Shown here in pieces: positions 48,802 to 57,584 of a stretch of DNA of 64,000 nucleotides (positions are counted from its first letter, which is position 1; each line of letters begins with the position of its first letter). The notes beneath the pieces were generated by a model that saw only the letters and a list, made by a program, of their open reading frames with translations, made no database searches and was not told the DNA's origin. The stretch is from Myxococcota bacterium (GTDB lineage: Bacteria; Myxococcota; UBA4151): the NCBI GenBank assembly GCA_040260805.1, contig JBDQPD010000003.1:6166-70165 (forward strand), written 5' to 3'. The position numbers were made by a program, and so were the translations under genes.

Positions 48802-51135
48802 ATGAGTCAACTGCTGTGGATCATTGATCCCGACCCAACCAGCGCTCAATCCATGCGCAGCGCGGTGGATCTGCTCGGGCCGGCTGTTGAAACATTTGAT
48901 CATGTCCCAAGCGACGGCGAACTCGCTCAAGCGGTGCTGATCGCTGGGGCTGCTGGGGCTGAACATCTGGACCGATGGATCGGCGAGCTTAGACGCAGGG
49001 GCGGTAATGATCTGTTACCGGTCACCATCGTTGGCGGCTTGAGCAGCAGCGCCGAAGCGCTGGCGCTTGGCGCCGATCATTATCTTCCTTCTCCCCTAAT
49101 TCTTGCTGAGCTCTGGGATCACTTACGTCGCTTTCTTAACCTCACATCGCCTGATGATGGCGAACGTGAGTTAATCCAAAGCCGCGGGTTTATCACACCA
49201 GAGATCACTCGCTCAGAGCCTCCAGCGCAGATCAGTGAGGACTTCGATTCACGCGCAACCGAAGACCCCATCAGCGGCGCGCCGTTCGATGATCAAAGTT
49301 CGACAATAGGCGATGCGTTCTTGGAGCCTATTGATCCACGAGCCGACGAACCCGATGACGTGTTTGAGGCGGCCACTCGAGCTCCACAGATCGATGAGCT
49401 CGGGCAGATCAACGAAGAAGAAGAAACACCAAGCGACGTCGACTCTGCGCCTGCCGAAGAAGCCAACATTGAGCCTCAAAGCTCAGCTGCGCAATCCGGC
49501 GGCCTCGACGCCCAAGAAGCCTCGAGTGAGTCAGAGCTCATGAGCATCGAGAGCCTACAGGCTGATGAGGCTAATCATCAGGACCTCGCTGATGAATCCG
49601 CTGACGAGCCGATGGTGGCGACCCAGGAGCCGATTCAAGCAGCGGCTAGGGCTGAAGACAGCGAGCCCGTTGAAGCGCTCAGCGCCGAGGACGGTCCAGC
49701 CGATCAGGCAGAGGACTTATTCGGACTAAAACAACCAGAAGAAGTAGATATCTTGTCCGCAAAATCCGGAAAAGAAACCTTTGAGGCTTTAGACTGGACC
49801 GAAGAGCGACCTCAAAATAATCATGATCTCGAGGCTGATGCAGCCTGGGGTCTGGATGAGGCGGTCGAATCGAACGAGCCCGCAACCGCAGGATGGGACG
49901 AAGAGGAAGACAGCGCTTGGGGTAATGAAGCTCAAAGCGATGGCGACTGGAACACCAACGAAGAAGGGTGGGCTGATCAGGCATCGAGCGATGAAGGCTG
50001 GGGTGAATCCTCAGATACTTCGAGCGCCTGGGGAGATGACGGTCCTCAGGATGAGGGGTGGGGCGGAGCAGCCGAAGCGCCCAAGCGCTCATCATCGCTT
50101 ACTCAAATTGGCGAGCAGTTGATGCCAGCTACTCCCAAGCCGCGGGCGCCGGTCAGTTCACTTGGGCAGCTCGGCTCGACCGGGTTACTGGGTGTACTGG
50201 CTCGATGCGGCAAGGAGCGCGTCAGCGGTCGAATTACGTGGCGAAGTGAGCACGAATCGATCGTGCTCCATCTCGAGGAAGGGCGACTCAAGGCGATGCA
50301 CAGCGGCAGCTTTGATCACGACCTGCTTCAGGCGGCGTTCGCCCAAAGCTGGATTGATCAAAAGGAGCTCGCAGGCGTTCGCCACCTGATGCAAAGACGG
50401 CACGCTAGCGCAGCGTCAGTGCTGTCGCGTGAAGGGGTTCGAGCCTCTGGAGAGATTCAGAAACTCGCGCAAGATACAGCCGAGCGTATCTTGCTTCGTT
50501 GTACCAACGCACCAGGTGGGCATGCCGAGTTTCATCCAGAGATGGGGCTGGAGCATGCTGTTGCTGTAAGCCAAGTCGATATGATCTCGCGCTTGATCAC
50601 ACTGTGTGAGAGCTTGGTTCAAGCGAGCATCTGGATCGCCTTAGTGGGCGGAGACGATGCGGTTCCGGCCCTCATGATGACCCCATTACCAGATGGCTTA
50701 CCCGGGCGAGATGCGCTGCATAGCTCCGACGGCAGGCGCAGCCTGCTTGAGCTCGCGACGGCAAGCGGGGTCTCGATTCACGATGTGCGCTCCGGCTGCC
50801 TAGCAGCGCTGGCTATCGGTCACGTTGAGCTGATCAAGGTCGGAGTTTCAGCGATCCAGAAGAGTCACCGCCCCGACCAAACGTTCGAGCGCGCTTTGCG
50901 GCAAATTCGCTCGGGCGATTACTTTACCGTCCTTGGTCTAGCCGAAGCGCACAGCGCCACAGAGGTTCACCGCGCCTTTGCGGCTCGGGTGAGCTTACTG
51001 CGCTTGCATCTGCACACCAACCACCCTCGCTTCGCTGAGGCTTACCAAGAACTCGAAGAAGCCCGTGAGGTTCTGCTTGACCCGGATTTACGGGCTCAAT
51101 ACCGAAGCGCTAACCCCAAACTGGTGGAGCGCTAA
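48802..51135 (+). CDS. Multidomain protein: pseudo-receiver (REC-like), acidic Trp-repeat linker, DUF4388-like domain, degenerate J-like C-terminus
   Basis: The N-terminus has a REC-like pattern (LLWIIDPDP...GADHYLPSPLILAEL) but no Asp at the phospho-acceptor position and no conserved Lys. The acidic region carries 8 Trp in [AG]W[GDNA] contexts. DUF4388-like segment GVLARCGKERVSGRITWRSEHESIVLHLEEGRLKAMHS. The C-terminus DYFTVLGLAEAHSATEVHRAF...LHLHTNHPRFAEAYQELEEAREVLLDPDLRAQY is J-like without HPD. Confidence 0.6.
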   Translation: MSQLLWIIDPDPTSAQSMRSAVDLLGPAVETFDHVPSDGELAQAVLIAGAAGAEHLDRWIGELRRRGGNDLLPVTIVGGLSSSAEALALGADHYLPSPLILAELWDHLRRFLNLTSPDDGERELIQSRGFITPEITRSEPPAQISEDFDSRATEDPISGAPFDDQSSTIGDAFLEPIDPRADEPDDVFEAATRAPQIDELGQINEEEETPSDVDSAPAEEANIEPQSSAAQSGGLDAQEASSESELMSIESLQADEANHQDLADESADEPMVATQEPIQAAARAEDSEPVEALSAEDGPADQAEDLFGLKQPEEVDILSAKSGKETFEALDWTEERPQNNHDLEADAAWGLDEAVESNEPATAGWDEEEDSAWGNEAQSDGDWNTNEEGWADQASSDEGWGESSDTSSAWGDDGPQDEGWGGAAEAPKRSSSLTQIGEQLMPATPKPRAPVSSLGQLGSTGLLGVLARCGKERVSGRITWRSEHESIVLHLEEGRLKAMHSGSFDHDLLQAAFAQSWIDQKELAGVRHLMQRRHASAASVLSREGVRASGEIQKLAQDTAERILLRCTNAPGGHAEFHPEMGLEHAVAVSQVDMISRLITLCESLVQASIWIALVGGDDAVPALMMTPLPDGLPGRDALHSSDGRRSLLELATASGVSIHDVRSGCLAALAIGHVELIKVGVSAIQKSHRPDQTFERALRQIRSGDYFTVLGLAEAHSATEVHRAFAARVSLLRLHLHTNHPRFAEAYQELEEAREVLLDPDLRAQYRSANPKLVER

Positions 51136-51671
51136 TGGCCCTGCGAACAATCCTGATCTGGCCTGAGCCGATCTTAGCCACCAAAGCCGAACCCATTGAG
51201 CAGATCGATGAGGACATCAAACAGCTAGCGCTCGATATGCTTGAGACCATGGTCGCCGCACGCGGGATCGGTCTCGCCGCAAACCAAGTCGGCATTACCA
51301 AGCGTATGATCGTCGTCGATCTCAACCCTTTACCCGGTGAAGAAGAGCCCGGAGAGAATCGAAATCCAGCGCTGGGACCCCATGTCATGATCAACCCCGA
51401 GATCATCGAGCGAGAGGGCGAATTAATCTGGGAAGAGGGTTGCTTGAGCGTTCCGGGTGAAGTCGGTGAAGTCGAGCGCGCAGAACAGATCGAGGTCGTC
51501 TACCATAACCTGCGCGGTGAAACCGTGCAGGTCCGCGCTGGGGACCTCATGGCGGTCTGCATCCAACATGAAATCGATCACCTCAACGGTGTGGTCTTTC
51601 CTGAGCGAATGCACGACCGAGGTAGGGCGCGACAGATTCGTTTAGCCATGAAAACGATCAAGAGCGCTTAG
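51135..51671 (+). CDS. def: Peptide deformylase
   Basis: GIGLAANQVG, EGCLSVPG, QHEIDHLNG. TAATG overlap with the upstream gene. Confidence 0.95.
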   Translation: MALRTILIWPEPILATKAEPIEQIDEDIKQLALDMLETMVAARGIGLAANQVGITKRMIVVDLNPLPGEEEPGENRNPALGPHVMINPEIIEREGELIWEEGCLSVPGEVGEVERAEQIEVVYHNLRGETVQVRAGDLMAVCIQHEIDHLNGVVFPERMHDRGRARQIRLAMKTIKSA

Positions 51672-52625
51672 TTGAGCAATCCAAGACTACTCTTTTTAGG
51701 GACCGCGCCGATCGCTGTTCCTGCGCTTCAGGCTTGTTTAGAGCTTGAGCATATGGACCTAGTCGGTGTGGTATCGCAGCCCCCCTCAAGGCGGGGGAGG
51801 GGGCGTAAAGTCTCGCCAAGCGCTGTCCATCAAGCCGCTCAAACTATGGACCTTGAGGTCGCTATTCCTGATCGCTTTGCCGGCGATCAAGGTGATGAAA
51901 TTTTAGCGCGCTATCAGCCTGACCTTTGCCTGGTGATGGCCTACGGACAAATCATCAAAGCGCCACACCTGAGCGCCTGCCCCGATCGCTGGTTCAACCT
52001 GCACGGCTCTTTGCTGCCGCGCTGGCGCGGCGCGGCGCCCATTGAGCGATGCCTCGAAGCGGGGGATCAAACGACCGGCGTTCAACTCATGCGAATGGAG
52101 GTCGGTCTTGATACTGGGCCGGTCTTCGCCGAGCGAAAGATCGCAACGACCGGACACAATGCGGGGAGCCTTGCGGATGCGCTCGCCCTCGAAGCTGCCC
52201 AGCTAACCTCGGAATCGCTGCGCGCTGCATTTTCAGGTGAGCTCGAGCCACAACATCAAAATGAGCATGACGCCTGTTATGCCCATCGAATTCAACGCAG
52301 CGAAGGTCATATCAACTTTCTCGGAAAAGCAGTGTCTTGGGAGCAAAAAAGCAGAGCATTCGACCCTCGCTTAGGGCTGCGTTGCTCCTTAGTCCAGCGT
52401 GATAAAGTCATCGGTCTTAAGATCTGGTCTGCTTCTGTTGTTCATGGCTTAGATGCTGAAAAACCAGGGAAAATAATCCGTTGCGACCGTAGTGGGCTGT
52501 GGGTTTCTTGTGAAGACGGTGTCTTAGCGGTTCACAGCCTCCAGCTCGATGGAAAAAAGCGTCTGAACTGGTCTGAGGTTCGAAGCGGCCTATCGCTCAC
52601 CTTGGACGATCATTTCGTCGTGTAA
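51672..52625 (+). CDS. fmt: Methionyl-tRNA formyltransferase
   Basis: TTG start immediately after the def stop. LFLGTAPIAVPAL, LHGSLLPRWRGAAPIERC. Confidence 0.9.
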   Translation: MSNPRLLFLGTAPIAVPALQACLELEHMDLVGVVSQPPSRRGRGRKVSPSAVHQAAQTMDLEVAIPDRFAGDQGDEILARYQPDLCLVMAYGQIIKAPHLSACPDRWFNLHGSLLPRWRGAAPIERCLEAGDQTTGVQLMRMEVGLDTGPVFAERKIATTGHNAGSLADALALEAAQLTSESLRAAFSGELEPQHQNEHDACYAHRIQRSEGHINFLGKAVSWEQKSRAFDPRLGLRCSLVQRDKVIGLKIWSASVVHGLDAEKPGKIIRCDRSGLWVSCEDGVLAVHSLQLDGKKRLNWSEVRSGLSLTLDDHFVV

Positions 52626-52672
52626 AAAACCGACATGAGCACCGCGATGTTTGTTGACACAGAGGATTCAAA

Positions 52673-52969
52673 GTGATGGAGCATCGCCCGAACGTTCGAT
52701 ACCGGACTCAGGAGCTTATCTTGCATTCGATTGTGGAGATTCATCCGCACCGCGCCGAAGGTCGCGGTTACCTCGTCCCCGCAAGCCTCCACGCCTTTCA
52801 CGGAAAAGTGGACCGTCACATCCATCCGGGTGGAGACAGCTATATTATCTTCCCGACGCTACTGGACGCAGAGCGCGCGATTCGAGAGGCCGGCTTTGAG
52901 CCGAGCCTTCAGCAAGGCGCTCGAAGCTTTCCGGATCGTCGGGTGGTATTACCTAAGCGCGACGAGTAG
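52673..52969 (+). CDS. Hypothetical His-rich small protein (98 aa)
   Basis: GAGGA SD about 8 nt upstream of GTG/ATG 52673/52676. Eight His in the first 51 residues. No family recognised. Confidence 0.35.
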   Translation: MMEHRPNVRYRTQELILHSIVEIHPHRAEGRGYLVPASLHAFHGKVDRHIHPGGDSYIIFPTLLDAERAIREAGFEPSLQQGARSFPDRRVVLPKRDE

Positions 52970-52975
52970 CCTAAA

Positions 52976-53191
52976 CTATCCTCGTTGATAGTAACTTAGT
53001 CCTTCAGATTGATCGACATAAGCCAGCGTCCATCGACGCCCGCTCAGGCGCTCTTTGATTCGTCCAGGCAGGGGCGAGCTCAAACGAACGATCCCAGCTC
53101 GCCTCTCGGCGACGCCTACCAAGACCAAGCGGTTCTGGTCTTTGGTCAAACAACGATAAACGTTACCTTGTGCGCTGATGATCTGGCTCAT
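52976..53191 (-). CDS. Hypothetical small protein (71 aa from ATG 53191; the track ORF extends to 53236)
   Basis: GAGGT lies 9 nt upstream of ATG 53191 (MSQIISAQGNVYRCLTKDQ...). Last ORF of the minus-strand chain after DUF4340. No family recognised. Confidence 0.3.
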   Translation of the reverse strand: MSQIISAQGNVYRCLTKDQNRLVLVGVAERRAGIVRLSSPLPGRIKERLSGRRWTLAYVDQSEGLSYYQRG

Positions 53192-53246
53192 GGGTTGTGA
53201 CCTCGCGAGTTCGCCTCGCACCCCATGAAACGTCACAGCGACGAAC

Positions 53247-54566
53247 TTAGTTCAATTGTTCAAAAGGCCAATGCGCTATTTGCGATGCCTCAATCCGCAT
53301 CACCAGGCTCTTTCCAGCCCGAGCTAGAACTTCGCTGCCTTGTCGATCCAGTGACAAATCAACGAGGGTTCGTTTCTTCGCATCACGCACCACCACCCGG
53401 CTACACAGCGCGCCGCATTCAAGAGCGTCAAGCTCATCGACAATACTCGCCCCGCGCAGCTGATGTAGATCCCATTGAAGTCCAGCGAGCCGGTGCGCTT
53501 CTTTAATCTGTCGCTCGCCTTGAAACCATCGATCGACCGCTCCACCCGAGCCAAGCTCTCGTCGATAACTAAAGACTCGACCCGACCCATCATGAATTTC
53601 TACGCTGTGGGTTTGCCCTCGATCGTAATGGATCAACTGGCGATCACGCCAAGCCTCCGCCGGGCGAAGCAGCCATGATAAATCCGCCTCATTTGCGCTA
53701 AAGACAAAGCCCTGAGTAGCGATCAAAAGCGCTTTGTTTTGGCGGTAGAATTCTAACCGTGTGCTCAACGGGGCGTGCCCGACAACGACCACCAGATCAG
53801 GATCGCTCAGCTGCGTCTTAGAGGGCTCTAAAGCGCCCTTGAGTCCTACAAGTTTCGTGAGCAGTTTTTCGACAAGCTCCTTATCCGCTCGTTGCTCATC
53901 GCCAGCCTTGGTGAGCACAAACAATCCACGAACGCGCCGGATTTGATAGGGAGAGTTTCCAACCTGCGGCTGAATTGAAAGCCCATCAATCTGACCCGCT
54001 CTGAGCGGCAATACGGTCACCGCTGCAAGCTCATTGAGATCGATCAGTTGTCCACCTGAAGGCTTGAGCTTTGCCCAGCCCACAAGGTCTTCTTGTCCAT
54101 CGGTTCGGCGCAGAACGTAAAGCGGCTTGGTCGGATGCTTTTGCCCTAAACTCAGGCGGCAGGTTTTATCGTTCAGGCTCGAACTGACCTCGAGTGTTTG
54201 CGTGGGTATACTCAGTCCGAGCGCGTCGTCCTTGGGTCGAGGTTCTATCTTCTCCACCTGAAGACCGCGCAGCTGGGCTAAAATAATCTGCAGCTTAGCG
54301 TCCTCAACCGGCTGTCCATCTGCATGACGCCAGCGATCCTTTAACCGCAGCTCTACTGACCCCTTTGGGTCGCTAAGCCGAACGTTATCGACGGTTAAGA
54401 CATCAAAACACAAAGCCGAGAAGTACCGGTCTTCTTCGGCTTCTACCCAATCCGCTTGGCGTTGCGCTTGCCCCCCCCGATGCTGCTGAAAAGCATAGAC
54501 CGCTAGGGCTAAGGCGACGCCAGAAAAGAGCAAAGAGCGCGCAATCGGGGCACTAAAAAACCGCAT
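53247..54566 (-). CDS. DUF4340-like protein (N-terminal TM anchor)
   Basis: N-terminal TM SLLFSGVALALAVYAF. It occupies the typical position immediately downstream of a GldG-type gene. Segments such as WRHADGQPVEDAKLQIILAQLRGLQVEKI fit the DUF4340 pattern. TGATG overlap with the upstream gene. Confidence 0.5.
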   Translation of the reverse strand: MRFFSAPIARSLLFSGVALALAVYAFQQHRGGQAQRQADWVEAEEDRYFSALCFDVLTVDNVRLSDPKGSVELRLKDRWRHADGQPVEDAKLQIILAQLRGLQVEKIEPRPKDDALGLSIPTQTLEVSSSLNDKTCRLSLGQKHPTKPLYVLRRTDGQEDLVGWAKLKPSGGQLIDLNELAAVTVLPLRAGQIDGLSIQPQVGNSPYQIRRVRGLFVLTKAGDEQRADKELVEKLLTKLVGLKGALEPSKTQLSDPDLVVVVGHAPLSTRLEFYRQNKALLIATQGFVFSANEADLSWLLRPAEAWRDRQLIHYDRGQTHSVEIHDGSGRVFSYRRELGSGGAVDRWFQGERQIKEAHRLAGLQWDLHQLRGASIVDELDALECGALCSRVVVRDAKKRTLVDLSLDRQGSEVLARAGKSLVMRIEASQIAHWPFEQLN

Positions 54567-56098
54567 CAGACCTGTCGCCTTCGCCAGACGATTAGACCAG
54601 GAAGCAGAATCATCAGCGGAAGCGCGTCGAGCACGATGAGCCGTAAACGAGAGCGCTCCTTGCGGGTCAAAAACAGTCGAGAGACTCGACGCTCTGACGC
54701 GGTAATCTCAAGCTCATCTTGGGCGGTGGTCAACCACGTCATCATATTGAGCACCAAGTTACGATTTCCCGCATAAACCAATCCACCGTTGCTCATCATC
54801 GATGCATCGCCAACCAACGCAAGGCGCGCCTCATCGCTACGCCGAACCTCAAGCTTGCTCTGGTCCTGACTCCAGACCGCTGCAAGAATAGGTGGACTCT
54901 TCTGCTTTTTAGAAGGGTTCTGCCAGACACGGGTCATCGCGTCGGCCTCAATCCAGCTCTCAGGGGATGCCGCCGCGAGCGGGTGGGGGCGGCCTTTACG
55001 GGTCCCCCTCAAGCCGATCGGCGCCGCTCGGGTTAGCATCGTACGCAAGCCAGACGCCGCTAAACGAGCGACGATGGGATGATCTGTATACGCAGCGATC
55101 ATCGCAGCCGGCTGGCCTTGCACATCTGGCGTTCCGCTCACTGAAGGGTCGATCACAACGCCTGGTTCAATCGCCAAACCGCGAGACTCAAGCAGTGGAT
55201 TAACAGCTTCTGTATAGCCGGCTTGCGTCGCCACCAGCATGCGACCGCCTGTGTCTAAGTACAGATTGATCGCTTCAAATTCCTTGCTCAACAATGGTGC
55301 TTTGGGTCGCAGCCATATCAGCGCAGCTGCTCCTTCGGGAATTCGTCCCTCTTTTGCCAAATCCAAATAGGCGAGCTGTAAGCCCTCACCGCTAAGCTCT
55401 CGCGCCAGACGACCAAAGCCAGACGAGTCCTCTCCGTTGAGCTCGGCTTCGCCGTGCCCTCGAATCAAAAAAACCTGACGCTGAGTCCCGAGTAATCGGC
55501 TCATCCCCTGAGCCAGCTGTTGCTCGGTGGGCAACCGGACTCGCTCTTCTCGATCCTGATAACGCAGAATCAACTTCGGTGAATCGGCACTGATCAGCGC
55601 TATTTGTGCTCTTTTCGGGTTGCGCATCGGATCAACGATGTCGAGATCGACCTTAGCTCCAGAGCTTCTAAACTGCTCCACAAGCTTCGTCAGGACTCGG
55701 CCCTGCCCTTGACCTTGAGGATAGAACGCTTCGATACGCAGTGGCTCTTCAAGCTGCTCAAGCAGCGCCTTGGTCTCTGGGGCTACCGTGTAGACATGCT
55801 CTGAGGTCAGATCCCAAACCAAGGCTCGCTCATGAAGAACGCTGACCACCAAGGTTCCGGCTACGGCTAAGGCAGCAACCCACTGAAAGCTGACCCATAA
55901 ATGAACCCCGCCTCGACCGGAAAGCGCACCATCGTGGTGACGAAACAAAGCCCTTCCCCAATACGCTAAGGCGCCTAACCCAAAGACGAGCTTTGCGAGC
56001 ACAAAACTCGGCTCATCTAGACTCGTGAGCCAAGTTACCGGCGCCGATAAGAGCAGAATCAGTCCGAGCAGACCGGCCATCGAATGACGAGGTTTCAT
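54566..56098 (-). CDS. GldG-like ABC-transporter auxiliary protein (ABC_transp_aux family)
   Basis: N-terminal TM segments, a large extracytoplasmic domain, and a C-terminal TM (LIVLDALPLMILLPGLIVW). It follows an ABC-2 permease. ATG 56098 gives an ATGA overlap with the permease stop (track start 56107). Confidence 0.6.
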   Translation of the reverse strand: MKPRHSMAGLLGLILLLSAPVTWLTSLDEPSFVLAKLVFGLGALAYWGRALFRHHDGALSGRGGVHLWVSFQWVAALAVAGTLVVSVLHERALVWDLTSEHVYTVAPETKALLEQLEEPLRIEAFYPQGQGQGRVLTKLVEQFRSSGAKVDLDIVDPMRNPKRAQIALISADSPKLILRYQDREERVRLPTEQQLAQGMSRLLGTQRQVFLIRGHGEAELNGEDSSGFGRLARELSGEGLQLAYLDLAKEGRIPEGAAALIWLRPKAPLLSKEFEAINLYLDTGGRMLVATQAGYTEAVNPLLESRGLAIEPGVVIDPSVSGTPDVQGQPAAMIAAYTDHPIVARLAASGLRTMLTRAAPIGLRGTRKGRPHPLAAASPESWIEADAMTRVWQNPSKKQKSPPILAAVWSQDQSKLEVRRSDEARLALVGDASMMSNGGLVYAGNRNLVLNMMTWLTTAQDELEITASERRVSRLFLTRKERSRLRLIVLDALPLMILLPGLIVWRRRQV

Positions 56099-56874
56099 CC
56101 TTGCCACCGATGACGATCAACGCCTCTTAAAGCGACCGTCAGCGCCAACGCAATGAGCACTAAAAAGTAGCCGATATCAGCGGCAGATAATCTGCCGATC
56201 GCAAAGTTTTCAAGGCGTGTCAGCGGGCTCAAAGCGGGGAGCAACTGCCCCCAGAAACCTTCACCTTGACCGCCTACACGCAGCACCCAAGCAAAGAGTA
56301 GAAACAAGAAGCTTCCACCTGCCGCAAGCGCTGGACTCTCAGTCAGCGCCGAGGCGGCGAGTCCGACGGCAGCAAAAGCGCAGCCAAGTAAGCCTAAACC
56401 GATCATGGCGGTCGCTAACGCGCCGAAGTCAAAGGCCGACCCTGGTTCAGCAATAGCCGCTAGAATGAGCGGCTCTAAACACACCACACCGCACAAGGCT
56501 ATGACCACCACGCTCAGGGCTAAAAACTTACCTAAGATCAGCTCCCATGGGCGGACTAAAGAAGCAGCGAGCAACTCAAAGCTCCCTTGAGCGCGCTCAG
56601 AGGCTAAGGTCCGCATGCACAGCAAGGGAATCATCAAGACAAACAAGTACTCAATATTGAGCACCAAGGGTGCGATGATGCGCTCGTGAAAATGTAGGTT
56701 TGCGGCCTCGGGGTTCGCCCCAAATTTTAGGGTGAGCTCGATAAAGCTTCGACCCAAAACGATCAGAAAGTAACCGCTCAACGCCGACAAGAAAAATCCC
56801 ATGACGTACACCAAGGGCGTCGTAAACTGGCGCAGCAGCTCGACCTTCATAATCGCGACGATGCGTTGCCTCAT
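56095..56874 (-). CDS. ABC-2 type transporter permease (GldF-like)
   Basis: A polytopic membrane protein with about 6 TM segments. ATG 56874 (MRQRIVAIMKVELL) gives an ATGA overlap with the ATPase stop (track start 56901). Confidence 0.7.
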   Translation of the reverse strand: MRQRIVAIMKVELLRQFTTPLVYVMGFFLSALSGYFLIVLGRSFIELTLKFGANPEAANLHFHERIIAPLVLNIEYLFVLMIPLLCMRTLASERAQGSFELLAASLVRPWELILGKFLALSVVVIALCGVVCLEPLILAAIAEPGSAFDFGALATAMIGLGLLGCAFAAVGLAASALTESPALAAGGSFLFLLFAWVLRVGGQGEGFWGQLLPALSPLTRLENFAIGRLSAADIGYFLVLIALALTVALRGVDRHRWQG

Positions 56875-57584
56875 GAGCGCTCCTTGCGGTGCGCCGCACA
56901 ACGACTCAGGAAAGCGGCTTGAAGATCCCCGTGCTCATCGATCAATTCTTGGGCGCTTGCATCGGCGACCAGCTCCCCTTGATCGATCATAAGGACGTGA
57001 TCGCAGACAGCCTCAACCTCGCTCAGGATGTGTGTCGACAACAACACCGTGTGATCGCTGCCAAGGGATCGAATCAATCCTCGCATCCCCTCAATTTGAG
57101 CAGGATCTAAACCGGATGTCGGCTCATCTAAAATGAGCAAGGGTGGATCCCCAAGTAGCGCTAGCGCTAGCCCTACGCGCTGTCGAAAGCCTTTGGATAG
57201 CTGACTCTGCAGCTGCTTGAGGACCTCACCGAGTTCACAGCGTTCGACCACGGCGTCGATCGCCGTTTTATCGAGCCCTTTAATCGCTGAGACAAAGCGA
57301 AGGTTCTCGATCACTTTGAGTTCAGGATACAACGGCGGCGCTTCAGGTAAGAAACCGATCTGGGCTCGCGCTTGATAAGGCGCCTCAAAAGTATCAAACC
57401 CATCGACCAAAACCCGGCCTGAGCTCGGCGCCAGCGCGCCCGTGATCATCCGAAGCGTGGTGGTTTTTCCTGCTCCATTGGGTCCGACAAAGGCGACCAC
57501 AGAGCCTGGTTTTAACTCAAAGTTCAGGCGGTGAACGGCACGCCGAGAGGCAAAGCTTCGACTTAACTGCTCAGCACAAATCAT
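56871..57584 (-). CDS. ABC transporter ATP-binding protein (GldA-like)
   Basis: Walker A GPNGAGKTTTLRMITG, signature LSKGFRQRVGLA, Walker B LLILDEPTSGLD. Confidence 0.9.
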   Translation of the reverse strand: MICAEQLSRSFASRRAVHRLNFELKPGSVVAFVGPNGAGKTTTLRMITGALAPSSGRVLVDGFDTFEAPYQARAQIGFLPEAPPLYPELKVIENLRFVSAIKGLDKTAIDAVVERCELGEVLKQLQSQLSKGFRQRVGLALALLGDPPLLILDEPTSGLDPAQIEGMRGLIRSLGSDHTVLLSTHILSEVEAVCDHVLMIDQGELVADASAQELIDEHGDLQAAFLSRCAAHRKERS

